64,000 nt of DNA, taken from assembly GCA_045586925.1 (NCBI GenBank), contig JAZNBG010000035.1, positions 6,417 through 70,416 on the forward strand. Direction: 5' to 3'. The notes below the pieces were generated by a model, which had not been told where the DNA came from, searched no databases, and worked only from the letters and a program-made list of their open reading frames with translations. The position numbers and the translations under genes were made by a program. The DNA is from Clostridia bacterium. GTDB taxonomy: Bacteria > Bacillota > Clostridia > Monoglobales > Monoglobaceae. Shown piece by piece: positions 30,848 through 40,809 of the stretch; within the stretch, counting starts at the first letter, position 1, and every line of letters begins with the position of its first letter.

Positions 30848-31417
30848 GTGCTTAGCGATGAACAGAGAGAACAGAAAAAGCAAGAATTGCTGGAAAAATG
30901 CTTTGAACTTTTCGTAAAACAAGGATTAGAGAATACCAGTCTGAACGAGTTGGTGGCATACTGCAATGTTCACAAATCAACTATGTATAGCTACTTGGCG
31001 TCAAAAGATGAGATTGTAATCGAATGTGCAAAAATGCATATGCTTGAACTTGATAAGATGTTCAGCAATGTATTTAAAAATCCACCAAATACACTTAAAG
31101 AAGTATTGCAACATGGTTTTGAAAAGATTGTAGAGGAAAAAAGTAAACTAAGGTTTGTATATCAGGTTATATCAAGTCCATTGTACGGAGAACAGGCACA
31201 AAAAGAGTTATCTTCAATTTATATGAAATATGTAGATTATTCTGAACCTATTGCAAAGATGTATAAGGTTGATGAAGCAGAATTTAGGACATGCTTTGTT
31301 TTATTTTTAAGTACAATGCATGACTATTGTATGTGGGGGAATGAATTCCTTGCTAGAGAAAAGTTGGTATACATATATAACAAGGTAACGGAATTAGACA
31401 AAAATAAAGCAAATTAA
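30848..31417 (+). CDS. TetR/AcrR family transcriptional regulator
   Basis: N-terminal HTH (KQGLENTSLNELVAYCNVHKSTMYSY); GTG 30848 is 9 nt after AAAGAGG. Confidence 0.65.
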   Translation: MLSDEQREQKKQELLEKCFELFVKQGLENTSLNELVAYCNVHKSTMYSYLASKDEIVIECAKMHMLELDKMFSNVFKNPPNTLKEVLQHGFEKIVEEKSKLRFVYQVISSPLYGEQAQKELSSIYMKYVDYSEPIAKMYKVDEAEFRTCFVLFLSTMHDYCMWGNEFLAREKLVYIYNKVTELDKNKAN

Positions 31418-31432
31418 GGAGTTGTTTTTAAA

Positions 31433-32569
31433 ATGGCTATAATTGATAGAATAAAATATGATGGTCCACAAGATGCTTCGCCATGGTTGATTCACAAATA
31501 TCCAAGTGAAGAATTTGTTTTAGGTTCGCAGTTGATTGTAAATCAGGGACAAGAGGCTTTGTTCTTCAAAGGTGGAGAAGCACTCGATTTATTTGGTGCG
31601 GGAACTCACACTTTACATACGGGAAATCTACCCTTACTGAAAAAAATAGTTAATTTACCGTTTGGTGGAGAAACACCGTTCTCAGCAGAAATTTATTATA
31701 TTAATAAAACTTCAAAATTAGATATGAATTGGGGTACTGCAAACCCATTTCAGCTTGAAGATCCCAAATATGGTCTTATATTATCTATAAGATCACACGG
31801 CAAGTATGGATTGCGTATTACGGATTCAAGAATGTTTGTTAATGAGCTTGTTGGCGCTATTCCTAATGGTGCAACAGTAAACTATCCGTTTGTTGCAAGT
31901 TATTTTAGTGGTTTGTTAACTACATATGTAAAAACTGTTATTTCTAATTTTATGATAAAACAAAAGATTTCTTTTCTTGAGGTAACGGCGTACTTAAGGG
32001 AATTATCGGAAGAATGCCAAAAAGAGATTTCAAACGAGTTCGATAAATATGGTGTTGAAATACAAAATTTCTTTATTGAAGCTATTTCACCTCCAAAAGA
32101 AGAATTTGAAAAGCTTCGCACATATAAAGAAGAGTTGTCTTTGGGAAATGATTTCTATAAACAACGTCGTTCTTTTGATGTATTAGAAAAATTGGCAGAT
32201 AACCCCAATGCAGGTGGAATGGCTAATGCAGGAATCGGATTGGGTATGGGCTTAGGGGTCGCTCCTAATATGGGAAATATTTTTGGTGGAATTGGTGAAA
32301 ATACCATGAATATCAATGGTCAGACAGGCGCGCAAGGAAAAGTATGCCCTAAATGTTCTGCCCAGGTTGCTGAAGGATTAAAGTTCTGTGGTAATTGTGG
32401 GGAGAGGATTAGCAATTCGTTGATATGTCCATCATGCAATCATGAAAATCCTGAAAATACTAAGTTCTGTGGCAACTGTGGTCAAAAACTTGTAAACAAA
32501 TGCAGCGAATGTGGAACAGAGAACGATTTAGGTCAAAAATTCTGCGGTAATTGTGGAAATAAACTGTAA
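31433..32569 (+). CDS. SPFH/band-7-like protein with three C-terminal zinc ribbons
   Basis: N-terminal SPFH-like region (DGPQDASPWLIHKYP...) and three CxxC...CGNCG ribbons at the C-terminus. Confidence 0.65.
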   Translation: MAIIDRIKYDGPQDASPWLIHKYPSEEFVLGSQLIVNQGQEALFFKGGEALDLFGAGTHTLHTGNLPLLKKIVNLPFGGETPFSAEIYYINKTSKLDMNWGTANPFQLEDPKYGLILSIRSHGKYGLRITDSRMFVNELVGAIPNGATVNYPFVASYFSGLLTTYVKTVISNFMIKQKISFLEVTAYLRELSEECQKEISNEFDKYGVEIQNFFIEAISPPKEEFEKLRTYKEELSLGNDFYKQRRSFDVLEKLADNPNAGGMANAGIGLGMGLGVAPNMGNIFGGIGENTMNINGQTGAQGKVCPKCSAQVAEGLKFCGNCGERISNSLICPSCNHENPENTKFCGNCGQKLVNKCSECGTENDLGQKFCGNCGNKL

Positions 32570-32589
32570 AAGAGGTGAAAAGACAGAAT

Positions 32590-35500
32590 ATGGGCAAATA
32601 TATAGCATATTTTTACATAGACAATCAATTAATGCAATTTGATCTCGACTTGTTGCTAAATAATTGTGTTGATAATTATTTAGGTGAATCAATTCTTCCG
32701 GTAGGAAGTAAGCAACTATTTCCCATTAAAACAGAGAATAAAAAATATTACCTTTATGGGAATTTTAGCAATTGGAAAATTGTTTGTAACGGAAGTGAAG
32801 TCGGAGAAAAAGTTGAAATATCACATGGAAGTTACATCAATTTTTCATCTAAGAAAAGCTCCTATTCTGTTTTGATATCAGAAACAGCTAACTTTAGTAT
32901 ATATAATAATTGTTTGGAAATTCAAAAAAATCAGAATATCTTTATAGGTAGGGCTCCGGAGAGCAACATTGTAATAGATATTAACGATAGTGTATCAAGA
33001 AAACATGCAGCAATAAGATTAGATGCATCAGGCAATGGCTTTGTTGAGGATTTGTCACGTAAAACAGGTGTTTTCCTAAATGGAAAAAGAATTGTTTCAA
33101 GCGAAATAAAATGTGGGGACATTATTCATATAATGGGTGTGTCTATATGTTTTATGGGGACATTTCTTGTTGTTCCTAAAAATATTGTTACAAACGGGAT
33201 GAAAGAGGTCAAGTCTTTTAATGTTGCGCAGCCAACAGATAAAGAGCTTGAAGATACTTATGCAAGGACACCAAGAATATTAAAGTCATTGGATAGAAAC
33301 AAAATAATTATAGATGCACCTACACAGCCTCAAAAATCCAAACAACAACCTTTTATTCTGGTTGCGGGACCTTCTGCGACAATGGCATTAGGTATGATGG
33401 CTAGTTTTGGAGTAACTTTAGCTAATGCACTGAATGGTGGAAACATATCTTCAACTATTACCGGTGGTGTAATGGTTATAAGTATGTTGTTGGGTTCTTT
33501 AATGTGGCCTTCTTTACTTAGAAATTACACTAAAAGACAAGAAATCGCAAATGAAAAGTATAGAGTAGAGAAATATAAATACTATTTGTCGGAAAAAGAA
33601 GCAGAAATAAGAAAATCCTACGAAAGAAATTGCAGAATATGGAATGAAAATCTTTTGCCAGCACCCGATAAATTGTCTCAAATTGTTTTTGAACGAGGTA
33701 TAAATCTTTGGGAAAGAACATTTACAGATGAGGACTTTCTGCAGGTTAGACTTGGAATAGGTGCCAAATTATTTGAAACAGAAATCCAACATCCAAATAA
33801 AGGCTTTACATTGCATGATGACGCATTGATAGATGAAGCAATAAACTTAGCAAACAAATATAAAATGTTAGAAAATGTTCCAATTAGCGTATCATTAATA
33901 AACCAAAGAACAGTTGGAATAGTTGGAGAAAGTGAAAAAATACATAATACACTTAGATGTATGATTCTAAACACGGTTGCACTTCACTCACCTGAGGATG
34001 TAAAGATTTGTGTTATTTGTAATGAACTTCAAATTGAGCAGGTAGAGTGGATAAAAGATTTGCCTCATTGTTGGGATTCTGCTAAAACAACACGATATTT
34101 TGCAACTAATAATATGGAAGCACAAAGACTGCTCAATGATATGGATGAGAAAATTCAAGAAAGAGAAGAATTGATTGACAAAGATGCAATCAGAACCCCT
34201 CATACCATAGTTGTTGTTTTGGATGAAAAAGTAGTTGAAAATATACCTTTTTATAGATACTTAATTGATTCCAAAAACAATGTAGGCATATCCTCTATTT
34301 TTATTGCAGAACACTTTAATAGAATACCTAAAGAGTGTACTGCAATAATTCAAAACGAAAAAGATATATGCGGAATTTATACAAAGAATGAAAACGATAA
34401 TAGATTTGTTTGTTTCAAATCTGATGAGTTTAAACTGACGGATGCTAAAAAAATCAGTCAGAGTATGTCTGAGATTCCGGTTAAGGTTGAGAAAACAAAA
34501 CTTAGTGTTCCTAACCGTGTATCATTTTTGGATATGTATAAGGTGGGAAATATTGAGAATCTTTCAATTGAACAAAAATGGGCAAATAATATGTCAGACA
34601 AAACGCTTGCTGTTCCTATTGGAATAAAAGCAGGCGGAGAATTGTTCTGTTTGGATATACACGAAAAACACCATGGTTGTCACGGATTAGTTGCCGGAAT
34701 GACAGGCTCGGGTAAAAGTGAATTTTTACAGGCATTTATATTATCAGCATTAATTAATTTTAGTCCTAATGAAATTGCATTTGTACTGGTGGACTTTAAA
34801 GGTGGAGATATGGCTCGACCATTTTTGAAGGTTCCGCATCTTTCTGCAACTATATCAAATCTATCCGAAAATATTTTGTATAGAGCATTGATTTCTTTGG
34901 AGGCAGAAGTAAAATCAAGACAAAAAATATTTAATGAAGCCGCATCATTGTTGGGCATTGATAAAATTGATATTAATTCATACCATAAATATTTTAAGGA
35001 AGGTAGATTAACATTACCATTACCACACTTAGTAATTGTAATAGATGAGTTTGCACAATTGAAATCTCAACAACCTGAATTCATGGCTAAACTTGTTGAA
35101 ATAGCTCAGGTCGGAAGAAGTTTAGGAATTCATCTGATATTAGCAACGCAAAAACCGAGCGGTGTTGTTGATCCGCAAATATGGAGCAACTCAAGATTTA
35201 AAGTATGTTTGAAAGTGTTGGATAAGCAGGATAGTACGGAAATGATAAACAGACCGGATGCTGCTTTAATTAAATCTCCTGGACGTGCTTATGTTCAGGT
35301 CGGCTATGATGAAATTTTCGAACAGTTACAGTCAGGTTATAGCGGTGCTGATTATGTTGAACAAAAAGAGTATACAGATGATGAAGATGTAACAATAAAA
35401 CTTATAGATTCTGCTGCTATGCCAATTAGAAGCGCTCGTAGTATATCAGGAAATCTTAAGAGTGGTAAGACACAGTTAGAAGAAACTATAAATAAGATTG

Positions 35501-37239
35501 TTGAAATCGCTGATGAAAAGGGATTAAGTGTAAAGCCTTTGTGGTTGGAGCCACTAAAGGAAACAATATATCTTACAGAATGTGTTGATAAGTTATACAC
35601 AGATTCTTTCGAAATTTGTTGGGATCAAGATTTAGATATCTCAACTACATTGGGAATCATCGATATAATTGAAACACAGAAACAGATACCTTTAAATATT
35701 TCATTGCCGCAGAGCGGACATATTGCTATTTATGGTTCTTCTGGAACTGGAAAGACTACATTGTTACAAACAATTATTTTCTCGCTGGCAACAAAATATT
35801 CACCGGAACTGTTAAACATTTTTGCTTTTGATTTTGGCGGACGCAATTTAGGGAATTTATCGCTTCTTCCGCATTGCGTTAACGTAGCTTTTGGCGATGA
35901 AGAGGACAAAATTTCATATATGTTTGAGCAGATACTTGAATGTATCGAATCAAGAAAAGTTTTGTTTGCAAAAAATAACTGCGCTACATATGAATCGTAT
36001 TTAGCAACAACAAAAAATAAACTTCCTGCAGTTCTTTTGGTGCTGGATAACTATGCTATATTCAGAGAAAAAATGTTCAAGAATGAAGATGATTTAGTTA
36101 GAATTGTTGCTAATGCAAAGGCGTACGGAATATATTTGATCGTTACAGGAAATAGCAAGAATGCAATTTATTACAAAGTTTCTGAACACATATCAAATAA
36201 TATTACTTTGCGTATGAATGATAAAATGAATTACCGTGATATATTAAATGTTTCTATACCTATTGAACCTGATAATATCAAAGGAAGAGGGTTGACAGTC
36301 TTTAATAAAAAAGCGGTAGAAATTCAGGCAGCACTTCCGTTGGAAGCAGAGAACGAGGCTGACAGAGCTGAAAAGCTGAACAAAATATACACTGCTATGT
36401 CACAGGCATATAACGGAACCAATGTGGCTAGTGTTTACTCTTCTTCAACTGAAAATAGTAAATCTAATATTTCAGAAGAAAATAGTACAATTAAAACATC
36501 TGTTATTTCAACAAGGAAAGTTCCGTCAACACTTCCTATTGTTAATGCTGATGATCATACAATTGTTTGTGGTTCTTCTGTTGTAAGCGGTCAGCTTCAA
36601 GGGTTTGAAATGCGTAATACTACAAATGTATTTATAGGTGTTAATGGTTCTGAATATCCAAATCGATTGCTTGAAAGAATTATTAATTTAAACAATGCTG
36701 CATTTTACGATATTTGCTCCTCATCATCGTTAGAAGGTGAATTTATTACATCGGTAAATACGGAATCTGAAATTCATGAAATGCTTCAAAATCTCGTTTA
36801 TGAAGTTAATGATCGAGAGAGTGAACTTCAAATGTTGCAGGCTGCGAATGTCGATGATTCTGAAGTATACGGATATATGCAAAAATATAAGAGGATTTTC
36901 TTGTTGATAAGAAGTTTCTCTAAGTTCTATGATGAGATAAGTGATGATGATTTAAAATTGTTGTTGACAATGTTGAAGAAGCAACGTCATCTAGGTATAT
37001 ATATTCTCACCATAGATGATATTGAAAGTATAGAACCATATTGTGATACAGCTTTATACATTGAATTAATAAAAACCGAAAAAGGCGTTGTTCTTGGTGG
37101 CAATATTAGTGATAAACAGGCGGCTCGATTGTGTAAACAATTCTCTGAAATACCTGTTGCAGAAAGAAACAAGAAACTGTCTGATAACAATGCATTTATG
37201 TATAATGATGCAAAATGGTCAGTAATTGAAATCAATTAA
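32590..37239 (+). CDS. essC: type VII secretion (T7SSb) FtsK/SpoIIIE-family ATPase EssC/YukB-like with an N-terminal FHA domain
   Basis: FHA signature (GR...SRKHA...NG), TM helices, then three FtsK-like domains with Walker A GMTGSGKSEF and GSSGTGKTTL. Start may be GTG 32575 or ATG 32590. Confidence 0.85.
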   Translation: MGKYIAYFYIDNQLMQFDLDLLLNNCVDNYLGESILPVGSKQLFPIKTENKKYYLYGNFSNWKIVCNGSEVGEKVEISHGSYINFSSKKSSYSVLISETANFSIYNNCLEIQKNQNIFIGRAPESNIVIDINDSVSRKHAAIRLDASGNGFVEDLSRKTGVFLNGKRIVSSEIKCGDIIHIMGVSICFMGTFLVVPKNIVTNGMKEVKSFNVAQPTDKELEDTYARTPRILKSLDRNKIIIDAPTQPQKSKQQPFILVAGPSATMALGMMASFGVTLANALNGGNISSTITGGVMVISMLLGSLMWPSLLRNYTKRQEIANEKYRVEKYKYYLSEKEAEIRKSYERNCRIWNENLLPAPDKLSQIVFERGINLWERTFTDEDFLQVRLGIGAKLFETEIQHPNKGFTLHDDALIDEAINLANKYKMLENVPISVSLINQRTVGIVGESEKIHNTLRCMILNTVALHSPEDVKICVICNELQIEQVEWIKDLPHCWDSAKTTRYFATNNMEAQRLLNDMDEKIQEREELIDKDAIRTPHTIVVVLDEKVVENIPFYRYLIDSKNNVGISSIFIAEHFNRIPKECTAIIQNEKDICGIYTKNENDNRFVCFKSDEFKLTDAKKISQSMSEIPVKVEKTKLSVPNRVSFLDMYKVGNIENLSIEQKWANNMSDKTLAVPIGIKAGGELFCLDIHEKHHGCHGLVAGMTGSGKSEFLQAFILSALINFSPNEIAFVLVDFKGGDMARPFLKVPHLSATISNLSENILYRALISLEAEVKSRQKIFNEAASLLGIDKIDINSYHKYFKEGRLTLPLPHLVIVIDEFAQLKSQQPEFMAKLVEIAQVGRSLGIHLILATQKPSGVVDPQIWSNSRFKVCLKVLDKQDSTEMINRPDAALIKSPGRAYVQVGYDEIFEQLQSGYSGADYVEQKEYTDDEDVTIKLIDSAAMPIRSARSISGNLKSGKTQLEETINKIVEIADEKGLSVKPLWLEPLKETIYLTECVDKLYTDSFEICWDQDLDISTTLGIIDIIETQKQIPLNISLPQSGHIAIYGSSGTGKTTLLQTIIFSLATKYSPELLNIFAFDFGGRNLGNLSLLPHCVNVAFGDEEDKISYMFEQILECIESRKVLFAKNNCATYESYLATTKNKLPAVLLVLDNYAIFREKMFKNEDDLVRIVANAKAYGIYLIVTGNSKNAIYYKVSEHISNNITLRMNDKMNYRDILNVSIPIEPDNIKGRGLTVFNKKAVEIQAALPLEAENEADRAEKLNKIYTAMSQAYNGTNVASVYSSSTENSKSNISEENSTIKTSVISTRKVPSTLPIVNADDHTIVCGSSVVSGQLQGFEMRNTTNVFIGVNGSEYPNRLLERIINLNNAAFYDICSSSSLEGEFITSVNTESEIHEMLQNLVYEVNDRESELQMLQAANVDDSEVYGYMQKYKRIFLLIRSFSKFYDEISDDDLKLLLTMLKKQRHLGIYILTIDDIESIEPYCDTALYIELIKTEKGVVLGGNISDKQAARLCKQFSEIPVAERNKKLSDNNAFMYNDAKWSVIEIN

Positions 37240-37255
37240 ATAGGAGGTGTATAAT

Positions 37256-38044
37256 ATGAATTTTTCTGACAAATCTTTACATTTAACATATGATGAGTTT
37301 TATGCATTAATGTGTTTGTTAGGTGCAAAAAGTGTTCAAGGAACTTTTGTTGAAAATCATAATAATATATCTCCAAATGATTTCGAGAATATATGGGCAG
37401 TCTGCGAAAAATCACTGATTTCTAAAGGATATATGACATTAGACGGTGAGGATTTGCAGCTGGATATTAGTTTATATAGCATTATAACAGCATGTGTGAA
37501 TGCCGAAAGAAAATATAGTGTACAATTGTCAAAAGATAAATCCAATATTATTGATACAGTTTTTTATGATGGAAATAAGGCAATGGTATGTATCAATAAT
37601 TGTGATGAAAAGAAAGAGGTTTATTTAAGTTATTGCAATAAAAAGAAATCTTTTGATAATGTGGTTAAGGAAATTCCGGATATTACACAAAATATGCTTA
37701 ACGAAAAATCTGCTGAAATTACCCTTTCACAGCAGGAATATTTCACACTCATGTCTAGTGCTAATTTGGGGGACTATACCAAGGCTCGAAATCTATTCCC
37801 TGATGATATGGAAGAAGAATATTTAATGGATTTGATAAACACATTAAAAAATTCTTATGGGTTACTATCGGTTAATGAATTTGAAGATGAGGAAATTAGC
37901 ACTTACAGCATTTTATTTGGAAAAGAATCTTTATGGGCTATTTATGCACAGGATGAAGAAACAATATCCTTTAAATTGGTATCCAAAACTGATTTAGAAG
38001 ATAGCCTCGCGCAAACTTTTGGTTATGACGGAGGTGGCAAATAA
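37256..38044 (+). CDS. hypothetical cytoplasmic protein in the T7SS locus
   Basis: 263 aa, acidic, no TM; ATG 37256 is 8 nt after AGGAGG; overlaps the esaB start. Confidence 0.45.
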   Translation: MNFSDKSLHLTYDEFYALMCLLGAKSVQGTFVENHNNISPNDFENIWAVCEKSLISKGYMTLDGEDLQLDISLYSIITACVNAERKYSVQLSKDKSNIIDTVFYDGNKAMVCINNCDEKKEVYLSYCNKKKSFDNVVKEIPDITQNMLNEKSAEITLSQQEYFTLMSSANLGDYTKARNLFPDDMEEEYLMDLINTLKNSYGLLSVNEFEDEEISTYSILFGKESLWAIYAQDEETISFKLVSKTDLEDSLAQTFGYDGGGK

Positions 38045-38045
38045 A

Positions 38046-38303
38046 ATGACTGAAAAAATTACGTTATCGGTATGTGTACTAGGAATTAATAAAAATTGTG
38101 ATTTTTCTGTTCCGACAAATATGTCAGTTAGAGAAGCAATTAAGTTAATGAAAAAGGTGATAACCGAAGAATATTGGGGTAACTCACCTATGCCAAAGAG
38201 CAGAATGAATTTGATGAAGTTGTCTGATCTTGAGGTATTAAATGATTCATTGAGTTTTGCCCAACTCGGTATTTCAAGTGGAGAAAGATTGATTTTTGTT
38301 TAA
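38046..38303 (+). CDS. esaB: EsaB/YukD-like ubiquitin-fold T7SS protein
   Basis: ~85 aa; a beta-grasp-type pattern ending in ...LGISSGERLIFV, as in YukD (...GDRLEIL); lies directly after essC. Confidence 0.65.
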   Translation: MTEKITLSVCVLGINKNCDFSVPTNMSVREAIKLMKKVITEEYWGNSPMPKSRMNLMKLSDLEVLNDSLSFAQLGISSGERLIFV

Positions 38304-38317
38304 GGAGTGTAAAAAAT

Positions 38318-38614
38318 ATGGCAACGTTTAGAATTAACTATTCAAGAGTTATTTCGCAAGCTAACTCTATGAATAATTTAAGTGGCGATCTTTCTTCTGA
38401 AATACGTAGGTTAGAAAATATGTTAAGCGAAGCTCGAAGTAATTGGAAAGGTCCAGCATCAGAAACATTTCAAAGACAATTAAGTAATTTAATAGGAGAT
38501 ATGAAGAACACAAAAAGTAAAATGTCAAGTGTTTCAAGTACAATTAAGAGTGTCGCAAGAAGGATACAAGCAGAAGATGAGCGAGCTGCTGAAAGAGCAA
38601 AAAAACTGAAATAA
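38318..38614 (+). CDS. WXG100 family protein (EsxA-like)
   Basis: 98 aa helical hairpin with a central W-x-G (NWKGPASETF). Confidence 0.8.
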   Translation: MATFRINYSRVISQANSMNNLSGDLSSEIRRLENMLSEARSNWKGPASETFQRQLSNLIGDMKNTKSKMSSVSSTIKSVARRIQAEDERAAERAKKLK

Positions 38615-38632
38615 GAATTTGGAGGTGGAAAT

Positions 38633-38743
38633 ATGGAAGCTGCGGCTGCAACACCGATTAATTCAGTAGCAAGTACAGTGGTACCTATAGCGGTTGCTGT
38701 GCTTGTTGGAGTGGCAATTTTCGCTTTTTTAAGGCGAAAGTAA
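38633..38743 (+). CDS. unannotated 36-aa single-TM micropeptide
   Basis: GGAGGTGG 6 nt upstream of the ATG; MEAAAATPINSVASTVVPIAVAVLVGVAIFAFLRRK has an Ala/Val-rich TM helix and a basic tail. Confidence 0.4.
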   Translation: MEAAAATPINSVASTVVPIAVAVLVGVAIFAFLRRK

Positions 38744-38809
38744 AGATTAACTTAGGGTTATAAAATAATTATTATAACAAAATTATTTTTCGAAAGGAGC
38801 AAATTTATT

Positions 38810-39121
38810 ATGGCAAACGCATGGTCAGTAACCACAGAAAGACTTACATCTTCTGCAAACATTTTGGAGGAAAAAGTCGCAACGTACAATTCAGAATGGG
38901 GCAAACTTTACACAGAGGTTCAGAATTTAAAATCCTCACAGTGGCAGGGTATCGCAAGTGATGCATTCAACGCAAAACTTGAGTCCTACAAAAATGATTT
39001 TGAAGAATTAGCAAAAGTATTGAACAGCTATAAAGATTTCTTGAAATCAGCAGCAGAAAGATATGAGAAAACAGAAGAAGCAGTAAAAGATGCAGCTGGA
39101 AATCTTAATGCCGGAATATAA
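38810..39121 (+). CDS. WXG100 family protein
   Basis: 103 aa; W-x-G at SQWQGIASDAF. Confidence 0.8.
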   Translation: MANAWSVTTERLTSSANILEEKVATYNSEWGKLYTEVQNLKSSQWQGIASDAFNAKLESYKNDFEELAKVLNSYKDFLKSAAERYEKTEEAVKDAAGNLNAGI

Positions 39122-39145
39122 ATAAAATTTTAGGAGGATTTTAAA

Positions 39146-39445
39146 ATGGCTACAATTAAAGTTGATTCAACAGTAATGAGAGACAAAGCAGGCACATTTA
39201 AGAATGTTGCTAACACAATAAAAAATTTAACAGATGAAATGACTCAGGAGATAGAAAGTTTACGTTCAGCATGGGAAGGCGAATCCGCTGAAGCAACTGT
39301 ATCAAAATTTAAAAGTTTAGCTTCAACATTTGAAGAAAAGTTCAATACAATTAACCAGTATGCATCTTTCCTTGAGGAAGCAGCTAATGCTTATGACGAT
39401 GCAGAAAAGGCTGTCGCTCAGGGAGCAGAAGGCACACAGGCTTAA
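39146..39445 (+). CDS. WXG100 family protein
   Basis: 99 aa; W-x-G at SAWEGESAEA; AGGAGG RBS. Confidence 0.8.
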   Translation: MATIKVDSTVMRDKAGTFKNVANTIKNLTDEMTQEIESLRSAWEGESAEATVSKFKSLASTFEEKFNTINQYASFLEEAANAYDDAEKAVAQGAEGTQA

Positions 39446-39531
39446 TTTGAAGTTTGATAAACACAGAGGCATATAAAATGCATATCTGAAATTATATGTC
39501 TCTGTGAAGTTTGAATTAAGGAGGTGTAAAG

Positions 39532-40791
39532 GTGCCTTACATAAAAGTTGACACAAGGAGATTATCCAACTTTGGAAATGTTGCATCTTCTACAAGAGGT
39601 AGAGTTGGTAATATAAAATCTTCATTTTCCTCTATTGGGAGTTCTCTTGATTGGGATGTAAAGGCTTGTTCTGGTATCAATAGGACAATAAGCCAAATTA
39701 ACAACGAACTTTCAGCAGAGATGTCGAGTTTAAGGAGAATTGAAACTTTTTTTGATTTGGCAGTTAGGAAATATAATGACGCCGAAAAATCCAAAGAAAA
39801 ACTATCAAAAATTCCTCAAACGAGAAGGGTAGCTACTCTTGGTCCAGGAGGTAGAATGAATAATACAACTAAAAATGTTGCATTATTATCTGTTTATAAA
39901 AATAACAAAGCCAGTATAACATCCCAGGTAAAAGTGAAAGAAAATTCCGAATGGACAAAACTTCTCAAGAAAATAGCAAAAAAAGCAGGTTTCGCTGGCT
40001 CCATTTACGGAATTTTAAGTGGAGAATCTGAAACCATTCAACATATAAAAGATGGAGAATATGCAAAAGCGATGCAGAGCTTTGCTGGAGTGGCGAAAGG
40101 TGTAATTAAAACTGTTCCAAAGATATTTGATAAATATGGAAAGATGAAAAAAGCATCCCATTTATTGACCCCTATGCAGAAATTAAAAAATTGGGGGAAA
40201 TCAATAGTTGGATTAGATGATATGATAAAAGCACCTTCAAAAGCTTCAAAAGTAACATCAAGAATCTATAATAATATGCAAAAGTTAGATATAAAAAAAC
40301 TTGGCAAGGTTACGAAGTGTGATGTTATTATAAGTAGCATTGTAAGTATTATTGGTAATGCCTCTGAATATATGGAAGGCAAGATAAGCGCTGCGAGAGC
40401 GGCAGCTGAAACCATTGGAGAAACTGTAATAGAAATTGGAAAAACCGCACTACTGTATAAAGTAGTTGGTGTTGCTGCAACTGCTGTAGCAAGTGCTGCA
40501 GGCATAGCTGCTGTTCCTGCAATTGCAGTAGCCGGTGCTGTAGTTGTGATTAGTTGGGGCATTGATAAGTTGACAGAAAAACTAACAGGAAAAAATTTCA
40601 CTGAATGGTTATCTGATGGAATAATTGATGTTGCTTCATACGTCGGCAAGTCAGTGAAACAGGTTGCAAATACTGTAGTTCCAGCAATTCGTAATACCTG
40701 TACCAATGTTATAAACAAGGCTGGTGAATTCTTCGGAAACGTAAAAAATGGCGTGAATAATTTCTTTGGAAAATTAAGATTTGCATTTTAA
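39532..40791 (+). CDS. putative T7SS-secreted effector: WXG-like N-terminal helical domain plus C-terminal glycine-zipper membrane-active region
   Basis: N-terminal ~90-aa helical hairpin ending in a YNDAEK-type C-terminal helix like Esx proteins. The C-terminus has VVGVAATAVASAAGIAAVPAIAVAGAVVVISWGI (AxxxG/GxxxA zipper). Confidence 0.45.
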   Translation: MPYIKVDTRRLSNFGNVASSTRGRVGNIKSSFSSIGSSLDWDVKACSGINRTISQINNELSAEMSSLRRIETFFDLAVRKYNDAEKSKEKLSKIPQTRRVATLGPGGRMNNTTKNVALLSVYKNNKASITSQVKVKENSEWTKLLKKIAKKAGFAGSIYGILSGESETIQHIKDGEYAKAMQSFAGVAKGVIKTVPKIFDKYGKMKKASHLLTPMQKLKNWGKSIVGLDDMIKAPSKASKVTSRIYNNMQKLDIKKLGKVTKCDVIISSIVSIIGNASEYMEGKISAARAAAETIGETVIEIGKTALLYKVVGVAATAVASAAGIAAVPAIAVAGAVVVISWGIDKLTEKLTGKNFTEWLSDGIIDVASYVGKSVKQVANTVVPAIRNTCTNVINKAGEFFGNVKNGVNNFFGKLRFAF

Positions 40792-40809
40792 AAAAAGGAG
40801 TGAATTTAA

